A stretch of DNA of 64,000 bases from Octopus sinensis (Eukaryota). Positions within the stretch are counted from its first letter, which is position 1. The number at the start of each line of letters is the position of its first letter. Shown here in pieces: positions 47,690-61,947 of this stretch. A program made the translations under genes and the position numbers. The stretch covers positions 148,180,001-148,244,000 of the forward strand of contig NC_042997.1 of the NCBI RefSeq assembly GCF_006345805.1, in the 5' to 3' direction. The notes under the pieces were generated by a model, which was given only the letters and a program-made list of their open reading frames with translations, ran no database searches and was not told the origin of the DNA.

Positions 47690-48340
47690 ATCGCCACTTA
47701 TTCCTAGGAGCGTTGTGGAGGCAGAGTATTCAAGTATGTTTTCCATTGCGTCTTACCAGAAGCATCTGTATCCAACCGATCCGATTGTATCCCTAAGCAA
47801 GACCAACCAACTTCTGGATGTTCTCCCACTAACTTGTTCGCGGTTTTCCTAAGAGTTTCCCATTAGTTGTTTTTTTTTTATCCATAAAATCTATCCAGCG
47901 ATTCCTTTTTTCCTTTCTGAGTTACTCTTGCCAAACATCCTTGGTTTTGAAATTCTGATCTCTCGATTCGGGGAAGTAGCTGAAAAGTAGCATCTCTACT
48001 TGGTACGCCTCCATTATCTCCGCGCTACGCACTCTATTAGGGCTGCTCTTGTGACCCTTAAAGGGATCCCATTTCTTCAGCAGCTCCTGCAACTTTTGCA
48101 CTTCATTCAGCTTCTTGCCTTCCATCACTTGTTAAAACGGCTCCGTGTTACTTGAAATGTCTTCAGCTGCTTCAGTGGAACTCCCTCACATATAGATTGC
48201 ATTGCGCCGGCTTCCTTGAGAGGACGAATGTCTCAGTCTTTGCAGCCCTGATTTTCGTTCCTGCCGAACAGCATTCGACCACAAACTTATCAAGTGCAGA
48301 TCGGAAATCACCTTTCGACGAGTCGAGTGGTATTTGCAGC
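47690..48340 (-). pseudogene. Degenerate RTE-clade LINE 3' fragment
   Basis: Minus-strand LDSSKGDFRSALDKFVVECCSAGTKIRAAKTETFVLSRKPAQC, then ...TSDGRQE... and GKLLGKPRTS*W, which match the RTE RT end and the G.RP.GRP..RW motif. Confidence 0.7.
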
Positions 48341-48408
48341 ATTGTTACAGACAATAAAAGCGTTCATATGCAATATGAAAGACTCTATCATTACATATAC
48401 ATATACGT

Positions 48409-48425
48409 ATGTGTGTTTGTATGTA

Positions 48426-48499
<74 letters not shown>

Positions 48500-48530
48500 T
48501 ATATATATTTGTGTGTGTGTGTGTGTGTAT
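48409..48530. repeat. (TA)n/(TG)n microsatellite
   Basis: Direct reading. Confidence 0.92.
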
Positions 48531-49154
48531 GATCAAACCCATTAGCAACTGCGCACTCACATACACATGTATCTTAAAAGCATGGTTCGAGGTGGTTTCT
48601 TCTTTGAAACGTTATGAAAAATTATATAAACTCTGCTATTTATCGCGTTGTGATCATTACATTTTGCAATCTTGTTTCTAACGTCTATGAATAAAGACAC
48701 ATGACTCTATATGCCTGTATGCATTTATACATGCATACATAAATACATATATACATACATACATATATGTGTGTGTATATAATACACACACACACACGTA
48801 TATCAATATGTGTACAAGGACATGACTAACTGTGTCTAGGTGTTCCAATTTGTATGTGTGCGCGCTCCTTATCTTTCTCTCTCTGTATATGTGTGTTTGT
48901 GTGTGTGTGTGTATGTGTGTGTATGTGTGTGTGAGTTTAATTTAATGTGAAAGATGAACAGATGTCATAATTGTAGGTAGTTTTTGGGATTTAGGAAGTA
49001 TGGCAAGTCGTAGGAGTCGTTAGAATTTTGAGTCTGTTGTCAGTTGATGGCTACAGTGTTCACTGCAGTACGGTAGACCATCAAAATTCTTCCCGCTCCC
49101 CTTAATGCATTTTCTTTCCCTCTTTTTCTTCATTCTTCTTTATCGTTCATATAT

Positions 49155-49388
49155 TTAATGATTGCTTTTACATCTAGCACAAGGCTAGCAATTTCAGGGA
49201 TGGGATTAAGTCAGTTATATCGACTCCAGTGAGTACTGTAGTACTTACTGAGTTCTTATTTTATCGGGCCCGAAAGGATAAAACGCAAAGTTGACCCCGG
49301 TGGCATTAAAATCAGAACGTAAAGACGGATAAAATACCGCTAAGCATTTTACCAGGTGTCCTTAACGATTCAGCCAGTTCGCCGCTTT
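49155..49388 (-). mobile_element. tRNA-headed SINE (tail type B)
   Basis: Reverse complement AAAGCGGCGAACTGGCTGAATCGTTAAG..., tail AAATTGCTAGCCTTGTGCTAGATG. Confidence 0.7.
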
Positions 49389-50120
49389 AGTAATGCTATA
49401 AATACACCAATGTCTCACATTCCGCCGATCCGCTTTATGAGATCCCGGGTTTACGGGTTTTATTTTTTAACCAGAAGATACAAATTTTGAACGAAATGCT
49501 TCTGCGTGTTACCGAGAAATTTATGGAGAGCAAAAACAAGTTTCTTTTAAGCAAACAACTCTGAGTTGTTTATTAAAAAGAAATCTACAAGTCCGTGTAC
49601 GAATGCTTGCGAATCGGCGATCGTATCTGTTTGTGAATCGGTGAAGGGGAGAGCGAATCGAATGTATGTAATTTTTCCACCGGAAATTCTGTCCCCGGTG
49701 TTTCAGAAAACGATAGTAATAATAATATTTTTAATATAAATGATCTTGAAAATCTTGTTACTTTACATAAAATATTTATTACACTCTACTGTTGTTTTAT
49801 TGTCATTTATGTACGAGTATTGTAAATTTTATAGGTAAAATATTTTTCCGGGAACAATTTATAACATTGCTACTATGGGGAGGTGTTGCTCTGCTTTACG
49901 AGTTTTCGCCTTACGAGCGGTCTCTGGGAACAAATTAACTTGTATACCGAAGTATTACTCGATTGTCTTTTCCCTCTCCGTTGTTGGCATTATCATTATG
50001 ATTACTGGTAATCTTTGCTACTACTACACCTTCGGCATTTGTCATTTCTAATATTACCACTCCTGCCACCATCACTACGACTAGAACAACTGCCTCTTGA
50101 ACTGCTGTCACCATGCGACT

Positions 50121-50349
50121 GCGGCGAACTGGCAGAAACGTTAGCACGCCGGGCGAAATGCTTAGCAGTATTTCGTCTGCCGTTACGTTGTGAGTTCAAA
50201 TTCCGCCGAGGTCGACTTTGCCTTTCATCCTTTCGGGGTCGATAAATTAAGTACCAGTTACGCACTGGGATCGATCTAATCGACTTAATCCCTTTGTCTG
50301 TCCTTGTTTGTCCCCTCTATGTTTAGCCCCTTGTGGGCAATAAAGAAAT
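50121..50349 (+). mobile_element. tRNA-headed SINE (tail type A, Tx1-like tail)
   Basis: Near-identical to 32860-33092. Tail tttgtcccctctatgtttagccccttgtgggcaataaagaaa. No TSD found. Confidence 0.88.
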
Positions 50350-52624
50350 ATAATATCGCAAGAATAAAAATTACTGCTACTGCTATTAGTACTACTACTC
50401 ACACTTGCCACTCCTTGAAGCCTTCAGCCTTCCGACTCATTGTATTCTTCAAATAACGTGGCAGAAGGAAGAGATAATGAAGGGAGGAAGAATGAAGTGA
50501 TATATGAAACCCAGCTGATTCCAAATATCACTGACAACTGACCAGTTAGGCGCACCCAACTAAAACGAATGACCAATGCCAATAAAAATAAACACAAAAA
50601 CACCCCGATAAACATACGCGATATTTTTGTGAATTTTTATAATCAGATGAAATTTTTGTCGGAGAGCTGGTTGCAGTTTCTAGCGACAAAATTTCTGACA
50701 CCATATAACAAATAAACGTCCAAGTGAAGTTGACGGTCTTTGTGTGTTTCTAAATGGCTAATTTACGTCTTCGACACTGAAATCACTATCTTCCCATTCC
50801 CTCTCTCGGACAGTCTGATGAGGGCTAAGCAGGCCAAATCTTCTAAGTCACTATCGATACTATTGATAAAACGCAATAAATATGTATTCAACAAAAAAAA
50901 GTAATCAAAATTGCTTTTACTATAACTTGACATTAAAAAGTCCATTTATTTGTATGTGAATGTATACATGTGTGTGAGTGTGTGTGTGTGTGTGCTTATA
51001 GAGAAACAAGCGTGAGAAAGTCTGGGAAAGCGCAGAACGAAAGGAAGTTGTAAATGTGTTATAATTTGTCATATCACTTAGAGATATATTTAAGGTAACA
51101 GAAAAAGAAAATATAAAGGTAAAAACAGACTTATCTTTCCTTTAACTTGTTTCCAGCTGACCGTCGTTTGCCCGTCGGAGTATTATTTGATTGCGTGCCG
51201 ATAATGGCAGCAAAATTAGACGTTTAAAATAATTACTAAATGTAGAATAAGTACTGAGGTCAAATTGATCTTATGACGCCCTTAAAGAGATAGCAGAACA
51301 TGACGAAAGACTTATACTGGAGACCATAAAAATATAAAATCTGCAGCGGATTTGAAATATATTAGACTTCATCGACAGGTACCCGAAATACCAGAAATAA
51401 TACTGATTAACGGCTTGTCTTTAAAGATATCCTTAGTTTTCTATATTATTTGATTGTGTATTAAATCTATATAGCTGAATATTGTGACTTAATATATCCT
51501 GTGTGAAAATAGAATTATTTAATATAACAACGAGAGAAACCAATTTCACAAGACCAAATGAAAACTGGCTTCTGTCGATGTGAATAAGCACAAGTAAAAT
51601 ATAATGTCATAGGCGTCAAATAATCTACCGCCAGAATGTCTATCGCATGTAAATAAGATATTATTGAAAAAGACCGTAAAATATCCTGTTAGGGTAGCCA
51701 TTACAAGTAAATCTTTCTAAATATTTTCTAAAGAAAATAAAGGTTGTCAATTTAGATAAAAATGCTTTATTTATTTCTCATCATTTGCTCTCGCTTATTA
51801 CTATCGTTATTATTATTGCCATTATTATTACTATTACTACTATTATTATATTGCATATAAATGAACAGTTATCTATTTATGACCTATCGTGCCATATAAT
51901 ATATCGTATTTCAGAATATGACGTTTATATTGTAAATCATATACATATAAGTCCTACAAGTTGCGCACAGAAAGGAGAAAAATTTTATGTTTGATTGGTC
52001 GTTCACTGGTAATAAAATGAATTGCACATTGCTTTCAAGACGTCCCTATTTTAAAATGTTCTATTTATAAAAACTTAGAAAGTCATAATTTCTAATTGTA
52101 TAATCTTCTTTGCATTCATCTGTACTTCTAGCATAATAATAGAGATACAGAGTAAAAGAATTTCCTATATAAAATATTTTCGTTGGTTAATGTTACAAAC
52201 AACTTGTTACCTTCAAGCAATTTTCATACCATTTTCCATGCACTTACAGTTCTTGCATCGACTGTGGATCGTAATGAAGAATGAATCGAATGTCTTATCG
52301 TTAGTGCAACAATTAATGGCATATAGTAACGCCTAGACCAAGTAGACCTATAGTTAAACACACATTGCTTAGATCTTCAAGCCTGTCTGGAATGACATAA
52401 TCCAGTTTGTCTATGTTTATGAAATGTCTAGAGATTGATCCGTGATATGAATGTTTATGAATGTATTTATCGGGAATAGTTTTCTACCGTTCGTACATCA
52501 GCACATATATCAAAGTCCTGATATAGTCCATGCCGGCTCGTTTACCTTTCTTCATATCCATCAGTATGTGTGTGTTTGCGTGGGTCTGTTTGTGTTTGTT
52601 TATGCATATGTATTGTGTGTTTGT

Positions 52625-52730
52625 GGAAGTCGGTCGGCTGATGATCATAGGTTTGTGAGTTCGAATTGCGGTGGTGCGTTATTTCCTTGAGCAGGACACT
52701 ATTTAACGTTGCTCCAGTCAACTCGTCAAA
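52625..52730 (+). mobile_element. Second-family SINE fragment
   Basis: gagttcgaatt...ccttgagcaggacactatttaacgttgctccagtcaactc. Confidence 0.55.
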
Positions 52731-52750
52731 ATATGTTTCTTGTATTAGTT

Positions 52751-52951
52751 ACAAATTTTCGCACAAGTTCCGTAATTTCGAGTGAGGCTGTGAGTCGATT
52801 ACATCGTCCCTAGTACTTATCTGGTACCGATTCCAAAGGGATGAAAGGCAAAGTTGACATCGGTGAAACTTTAACTCGGGAGTTGAAGACGGAGGAAAAG
52901 CTGCAGAGCATTTTCACCGGCGTGCTAACGATTCTGGCAGCTCACCGCCTT
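52751..52951 (-). mobile_element. tRNA-headed SINE (tail type B)
   Basis: Reverse complement AAGGCGGTGAGCTGCCAGAATCGTTAGCACGCCGG..., tail AATTACGGAACTTGTGCGAAAATTTG. Confidence 0.7.
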
Positions 52952-54983
52952 GCGCTTACTCTTATATGTATGAAGTTGTTGATATCTGCATAGAAGAATA
53001 TTCAATATACTTATGTATGGATTATGATATATTTCTGAATGCAATTTAAAATATTTTATGTAAGGAGCGTGTTGATAAAATATTGCAAATTCTAGTTACA
53101 TGAGTAAGATTGTGAATAAGAATGCACATATATTTGATATTCATTTTGTACATTTTAATTTTTTATCATCTCCTCCAATATTTCAATAGTTAACCGAAAT
53201 GAATTAGACGTTAAACCTCACCTAGATTCATACAGTGCTTGATTTCCGGAACATTATATCAAATATATGTTTTGTCTTATTGTTTCATTGGTGTGATATT
53301 AATAGATTATTGTTGACAGGTCAGGATTTGTGTGTGAAAACATTTGTTCTCTAAAAACATACATGGTTTTCGCAGTTCGGCTAATTATTGAATCAGTATA
53401 GAACAAGTCGCAAAAGTTTTCAGATTTATATTTAGTATTTATCCTAAATTTATGAAGACACATCGATAGTTAACACACATACAAATATATATACGTACAA
53501 AAATGCATGTATATATAATTTTCTTTTTAGAAGCAAAAAACTTGTAAAGTCTTTTAAATTTTATAAAAATCATTCTACGCTGTCAAATGATACATACTTA
53601 TGAAGTGCATTTTTCAGTTCACATCATTCAATTACGCTTAGCAACATATAACTATAGTACATGAACATACAAACGTTTCAAATACTTGTTGTATAAAATT
53701 ATCGTAACCTCACTACACAAAAAACAATACATATTCCTGCAACTTTATTTTTATTACAGATACACTTACATACATGTATATATTTTTCCCGACTACTAGC
53801 TGACATAGTTCTATATTTAAGAGACGATGAATTATGTACATTATTTAAATTATTTACATTATTTATATTTGACGGATATTTGTCCTCATCCTGTTTGTTG
53901 CTAACACAATGCAGAAATAAAAGGTCACTTACAATTAGGCGGTTAATATTTAAAACCAAATCACATGTTAATTATTATCAAATAATGAAACTCACAAGTT
54001 CCCATAGTCTATAAAATATGCTAAATAAGCTTTACATAGACATTAAAGCTATATAGTTCCTATTATTGTGAAACAATTTAAAAGAGTATATTGGCGCTAT
54101 ATGGGTACAATTAATGCTCGGTCCGCTAGAAAATTAATACCATGAGTAAAGATTCTTTAATTCAAACAATTTATTAGACATACTTAAAAAGAAATAACAA
54201 ACTACCCTAAGATAATAATGAAATACTAATTAAATCTAATCATTAAAAATAATAAACAAAAGTATATTAACTAAAAGTCGGTGCAAAAAATATTATTACG
54301 ATCAAGTTTGTGCTTATATTACATTATCCTTAACTTAGATTATTCCTATCAATAAATCTAATAATTCAAAAATTATAGTCAAATAATATATTAACTTTAA
54401 GTGGGTGCAGCCATCCAATTTCAATCAATGGGCAACACTTACGGTTCTATACAGTACAACAAATTTATACAAATATCACCTGGTAAGCGCAGCTAACATA
54501 AATCTAAAACAAACAGACACATACAATTTAAGGTGGGGGAGGGTGGACATACAGTGCAAAAATGAATAGAGAAATAATAACATATAATAAGACATAAACA
54601 ATAAAATGAAAAAGATGAGTAAATCAACCATGAGGTTAATATTGTTCGCAAATATGTAGGGCTATTAACGTACATTAAAATGGGGAAAGGCAGTGAGTGC
54701 AGGAAAGAACAATAAGTTAATAGCGAAATAAGTTCAAAATCAAGTAAGTGTCGACAAATACATGAATGGTATAAAGGGTGCTAGAGGGTAAAGAAAATAA
54801 ACAAGTTAGAGAAAGCTAAATTTAAATTTAAATAAGATTTAGGATCTGAATTAGTTATTAGCGGTAAAAGACTATATCGTAAAAAACCTAAGACCTTTGT
54901 GTTCTTGGATCAGTTATGATTGAAATAATAGGCATTAATATAAGTGGATTTGTTAGACGGAAACTAACTGAAAGACGCTTGTA

Positions 54984-55116
<133 letters not shown>

Positions 55117-56574
55117 AATTTAAAATGAACAGAAAATGGAGAAATATTGATCAACAACAATTGACTAACATCAATAATTACTTCTTTACTTTTAAATCCA
55201 AATAGGTTGTATTCCATCTGTTTCCAGTGTTGCACTGTATCACCATTGAAAATTCTGAAAATAATATTCATCGTATTTAGTAACACATCCGATCTGGAAC
55301 ATGGAGCTTTATCAGAGTGAAGAAAAATACATAAAAGAAAAGAAAAGCCTCAAGAAGAAGAGCCTCGAGAAGAAGATGAAAAGCTTAGTATATTTAAATC
55401 ATACCATTTTGCATATGTTTCGCTTCAGGATGTTGAGTAAATAACTAAACTTAAAATATTAATTCGTGGGTTAATTTTACTATGGGGGTAACAGGGTGTA
55501 TAAGTAATGAAAAAGTAAAATTAAAAAATTACCAGAACGGGATATGCCGATAGATTTAGGCAAAGAGGCAGTGAGAGTGCCATAATAGTTCTTAAAATTA
55601 TGCTAATAGTACTAATTAATAAATTATCATAATAAAGTGCTCATCAATTAATTACAATTACTTACTGATATGTTGTAAAGACCAGCTACCTATTGCCCGT
55701 AATGGAATTGACCAAGGTCTAGCTTTCGATATAATGGGTCAGTTAAATTTAAAAGGAAAAGGCAAGCTATTATGACCGTTATACGGGTAGGTATAAATAA
55801 ATACAAATACAAATATGGAAAAGTAGTGTATGCCATAAGTGGCCCAAATCGCTTAGGACATTGTATATATAAAAAAAGTAAACATTTAAACACGCACAAT
55901 GCGAAGGAATGAACAACGCCAGAGAGGGATTTCTTTGGACAGTTATGAATTAAGGCGGTTGATGGGACGGGGAATAGACAAATGCTTTATAAAATAGGAG
56001 TGTGAAATTAGTAGAGAAAGAAAGGAATTAATTAGTAGAAAAGGAAATAGAGAGGTAGTTAAAGGCGAAAACAAGAAAATTAAAGAAAATATTAATTAAA
56101 TAATTGAACTTACATGATTTAAATTTGGAATTATTGAAATAATTGAACTTTCATGATTTTAATTTGGAAATTTAAAATCTCAGTATAATCTTTACTGACT
56201 GCTTAACCCTACAGGAAGTAAAGCTAGATAAGTTAAATAAGATGTGTTATGCAAGTTATATGAGGAAAAGCACCTCAGAAAAGTATCTTTCTACCTTTCT
56301 CTAACTTCCTGTTTTACACACACACGCACAAACACATACATACACATACATACGCACAGAAACACACATTTTATATCCATTCTGACTGAGACATCATCAT
56401 ACACATTGAATTGCTTTCTCCAATTGATATCCTGCTGTGAGAATTTTGCCAAGCTATTCAGTGTTACACACTTTCAATGACGTTGGAAAAAGCAGCATGT
56501 GCACATCATCTCTGCAGCCAGTGATTTCCTCTCTAGATCGCGTTATGACAGTGTGAAATCATAGAACACTCTGA

Positions 56575-56900
56575 CGAACACTATATCAACTTTTGTGTAA
56601 AACTGGGCTCGGTTTTATCATGTACTATCCTCATCTTAGTTGTCACCGATTTAACTGCTGTCAACTTCGGCAACGAAAAATTTTATGCACCACCATCCAC
56701 AAGTGACATAGACACCTTTTGGCGTATCTGCTATGACACCATGACCACGAACATAAAGGGCAACCTCCAGCAGGCTGATGATAGTTCATTTCACTCGCAG
56801 AATAAAACTCAATCATTACATATGATCGCAGTTCTATGAGTCCGAAGATCATGAAGATATGTTGTACGCCTTCAAGTGGCTATGTAAACCGATTCATAGG
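56575..56900 (+). pseudogene. Possible highly degenerate mariner remnant
   Basis: cac tat atc aac ttt tgt gta aaa ctg ggc = HYINFCVKLG, resembling the mariner N-terminal IKFCVKLG. Little further support. Confidence 0.3.
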
Positions 56901-59179
56901 GATTTCTTCTTGCTTGCGCTTAATTATTTTAAAATTAGAGTCAGTCTGACTTGTAGGTTTGACCACAGTGGCTTAGCGACCTAAGACGGCTTCCTTGCAG
57001 TGATGAAGAGCTTCATAAACACTGGAGTTAACGGAGGGGTGTCAAAGAAAGCATCGGGCCACTTGAGAGAATTTACTTTTCGACTTGCCGTCGAAGCTGA
57101 TTCCCCATGCCTTTTCCTTTACAAAGGCACTCATAATGTAGTGAGGGTTTGTGCTTGGAGAGTCTTCTATAATATACATGCTAATTCCCTCCTAGCTGGG
57201 GCTCTGACAAGTGCTACTACTATGTCAGAGTAGAAGTGCGAATAATAGCGGCTAAGAGGTGGTTCCAGCTTCTCAAAACCTTTGGACTACCGAATTAGGG
57301 CCTCACTACGGTATGCAGTTCAAAGCCATACGGAACACACCATTATATATATATCAGAAATAATCCATCTAATCATGAGCCGATGCGTTAGTTTCAAATT
57401 CTATCCTTCATTATTCTAAGCATACTCTGTGATAGCAAACGAATATCCTCATCAAAGCAAAGATTCCGACTCAAATGCAGCCTTTCTTTTCAGTATATGA
57501 AGATAATTCTGTACTTATCCATAAATATTATGCATCAATTAAAAATATCAAATAAGTAGTTCCAGAAACACAAACACATGAACTACATCAAGAGAAAAAG
57601 TTACTCGACTTATCTAAACGCAGCAATATCAAATAAGTATTTTTCTAACACTACAAAGAATTCTTTCAGTCAGGTTTGCATTAGTGTTGTGTATTTTCTT
57701 TGTGGTTTAGTTAAGTTTGCATATGCTGGAAAATGTTTTCTCTGCTGACTTAAAAAGAAAGCTTCAAGAAGAAACTAAAATCACTTCGCATTTTCATGTT
57801 ACTTGATGTTAACGCCGTACATAAAACATTTGTTACTTTTGACAATTTCCTGTATGTTGAAATAAGAAAAAATAGTTCTATCCTTTTGTTATTTAAGAAT
57901 GAGGTCAACAAAAGTTTTGTAGCGAGATGCCGTTAAGAAGGTACTGAAGTTTTATTGTAATCTAAGTTTTCTGTACATCTAATAAGAAAATAATATTCTG
58001 CCGATTGTTAGGATCGTAAGGACGCTAGAACTTCTGAATTGGTTTATTTGTTCCGGTTATTGCATACTGAATTCAAATCTCAGCATATTTGAGATGACCA
58101 GTAAGCTTCATCGTCACCTAGTTTAGCGCTACATCCGGGAACTTTTGTTACTTTGATTGGAGTCTTATGGAATGTAACCTGGTCAAATCTTAAGCTTAAC
58201 GGCACCTTCCTCTTTCCTCCTAACTAGTCTTGGTAGACATGAAATGCAAAGCTAGTACTTCAATAATACTTATTTAGTCAACCAAAAATATATTTAAAAA
58301 AAAAATACAAAGCCAACCTTGGTTGGATTTGAAGTCAAAACGAGTTGGTACGCAACTAAAAAGATGCAAATTACAGTCTTAGACCCTCTACCAAACCTGT
58401 TAATCCAAAGCATTTCGAAAAAACCGTTGCTATTGTTATCGTAAAATATTAATCAAATTTAACATCATACCATTAACAAATTCATTGATTTGTAAAGAAA
58501 GGCTAGTCTAGTTTATTTTGTTTTCCCTCGAACTATGTGTAACGTATTCCACATCAAAGAGTTAATCGGCAGCCACTGGAAATGAGCGTATTGCGAACAG
58601 CCTGGGATTAGATAAAGTTCTGTTTGAAATTTACATATGCTTATAATCGCTTCAAAATTACATTAAGAAATTAATAAAACATGCAGAAGGAAAATCTCCA
58701 CGGAAACACTGACTGACTGATATGAAAATAGGATAAACGGTTCAATAAGCACAAACTTACCAAAAATGTAAAAACAAAAAATACAAAGAAACAACTAAAA
58801 ACAAAATAAAACTAACTAAATAACTACTGAGACTTACGAACGATTCGTCATATGCAAATACACAGTTAATATTACACGAATATTATATATTCTTTCTGCA
58901 CACACACAAAACCACATACATACATACACACACATGTACACAAGCACAGACTCGCACTCACAAAAACACTCTCATACATTTACAAATATATGCTTATCTC
59001 ACTTCGTCTCCCTGTATCTGTTTGTCTCAGCTACTCTATATATATCTCTCTTGATTTCATTTTTTCTAGCTGTATATTTTCACTCTCACATATATGCGCA
59101 CACACATACACACACTTACACACACATATATAGGTATATATATATGCATATATATACACATTTATATATATATATATAC

Positions 59180-59291
<112 letters not shown>

Positions 59292-60774
59292 GCATATACA
59301 CACGAATACACACACACACGCACACAAATATGATTACACTCACATATATACGACATATATAAATACATATTCGTATATATCTACACATATTTATATGTGT
59401 GTGCGTGGGTCTGTTTGTGTGAGACTGTCTTGTTGTATCTGTATGTGTGTACATATATCATCTTTATATGAAAGAACGTATACACATACATAATTACATA
59501 TACAACAATCTGTGTGAGATAAAAATACGTTTACGCCAATATTAGTACTAGATATGATATTTCCTGACGGCAGAATGACTATAAGCTTATTAAATGTGCC
59601 AAGAAGACATTCATACTAAATGTCTGTTATAAGATGAGATTAAATTATTTAATCCTCAAATCCTGAAGCTTTTTCATTTATGTCTTTTAAGTTAGAGAGC
59701 ATTTTACTTCAGATTGATGTCATTTTGCTGTTTCAATGTAATGAAGCTGGAAACAAGATAGCAGGAAAGGAAAGTAGAGATAGAAAAAAGATCCATGCGT
59801 ACGCAGTACTTTCTATAAAGTAGAGTATCTTTCTAATAGAAATACAAAAGCCTCTCTCTCTCTCTCAATAGAATTAAGATAAAAAAGTTTAATGCTGACT
59901 TTTAAACAAGTTTTGCTTTCTGTTACTATTCTACTTACAATTTAGAATTGGAAAGAGCGTGTTAGTAAGTCATGCCCTTCCTTCGGCTCTAAGGGATTGT
60001 TCTTTGGGGTTGTTCAACATAGAGAAGACCCTCATGGATTGGACAGGTAACAACACAGTGACCCTGCTTCACATGACAGAAAATAGATGCCAGTGATAAT
60101 GGCTAACTACGAAAGCGCCTAGAAGGGCACCCGAACGAGTGTCCGCATCAGTTAAGGGATATTTATGATGGTGATTGTATGGCACTGTGTTTTATTGGAA
60201 GCGAGATCACACTGTTGCTTATAAATAGATAGACTGACCTGAGAAGATTCAGGATTCAAAATGTCTCTAGAGACATTAATTTTCTCATTGCATGGAAATA
60301 TAGGATTTCAAATGAAGAAAACTTGGTTTCTATAACTGAAAATAATCTTTTCTTTCCTGTCTGAAAATACTGCATCAGGAATGAGTTACTTTTATCTATA
60401 GGCTGAAACAGCTGTAAGTTATTTTACCAATTTATATTAATGTTTTTTTTTTAATAATTAGTGGTATCCTTATCTTATATACAACGAATAATATGCTATA
60501 TGTATGTATGTTATTATAATTATCAGTTTAATAAATAAGTTAACATTTTTAATGTCCAAAAGTTGATGAACCACCTATTGTTCAGCACCATTTTCTTATT
60601 TGCAATATAAATTAATGGTTAAATATCTCTTTACCTTCACTCATTTACTACAGTAGGTAATGTAATTGCAATGCAATAAAAAACACTGTGTATTAATAAT
60701 TGGGTATCCTACCAACAGTATATTGGATAGATATTAGTGGGTTGGATTCACAGCCCCTAACTTTCTTGGAGTTA

Positions 60775-60782
60775 TATATATA

Positions 60783-60870
<88 letters not shown>
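60775..60870. repeat. (TA)n microsatellite
   Basis: Direct reading. Confidence 0.95.
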
Positions 60871-60874
<4 letters not shown>

Positions 60875-60974
60875 TAATGTAGGATAAAATTGTTTTCGTG
60901 AAAATTTTTTTATCAATGGCCAGCGTATCAAAAAATACCTTTAAAGGTTAAATTTATAAATAATTTACAAGATA

Positions 60975-61725
60975 AGGGCAAAAGAAAAATTCTAATGCCA
61001 AATATGCCGAAAAAAAGACAAATATTGTCAATAACCATTATAATTTATGCCTCTCGAAACAAACCGATAGAAATTTCTAAAAAATCCGTTATTACCGTAT
61101 TGGTCCAATTTCGGGGTTAATTCATAAGAATTTCCCCTCTTCAGCGATAAATACGTGGGATATAAGTGAAATACTTATTCATACCCATGGAAAAAGCAAG
61201 CACTAAGTCCTGAGCAGACCTAAGTAACCCAAATATATCCAAAATAGAAAATCTTCGGCACATCTCGAGACACGTGATTCGAACTAGAAACTTTCATAGA
61301 GTGAGAGAATCCGGAAGTGAACACTATTCAATTTATAACTAATGTAGGATAAAATATCCAAAAAAATGTTATCCTACATTAGTTGGATTCTCTCACTCTG
61401 TGAAAGTTTCTAGTTCGAATCACACGTGTCTCGAGATGTGCCGAAGATTTTCTATTTTGGATATATTTGGGGTACTTAGGTCTGCTCAGGACTTAGTGCT
61501 TGTTTTTTCCATGGGTATGAGTAAGTATTTCACTTATATCCCACGTATTTATCGCTGAAGAGGGAAAAATTCTTATGAATTAACCCCGAAATTGGACCAA
61601 TACGGTAATAACGGATTTTTTAGAAATTTCTATCTGTTTGTTTCGAGACACATAAATTATAATGTTTAATGACAATTTTTGTCTTTTTTTCAGCATATTT
61701 GGCATTAGAATTTTTCTTTTGCCCT
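60975..61725. repeat. ~750-bp near-perfect palindrome (foldback-like)
   Basis: 60975-61312 is the inverse of 61385-61725 (about 12 substitutions and 2 small indels counted by eye). Inner 16-bp arms at 61337-61352 and 61369-61384. Confidence 0.92.
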
Positions 61726-61910
61726 CATTTTAGCCGAAATAAGATTAAGATTAATGTAAAAAATAAATAACACTGAAGCAAAGTAACACCAAATATATAG
61801 TGCGTGTGATTTTATTGGCTAAACTGGCAAAATGACCGTTCCGAAATATAACAATATCTGTTTCAACACACGACTTCACATAAAAAATCTTGCACAACAA
61901 ATATATAAAC

Positions 61911-61947
<37 letters not shown>

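Noticed and set aside
49860-49960. Possible pogo/Tigger-like terminal sequence
   Set aside because: No matching second TIR or TA TSD was found.
57000-57335. Higher-GC stretch that looks like an old interspersed repeat
   Set aside because: No motif I can assign and no second copy in the window.
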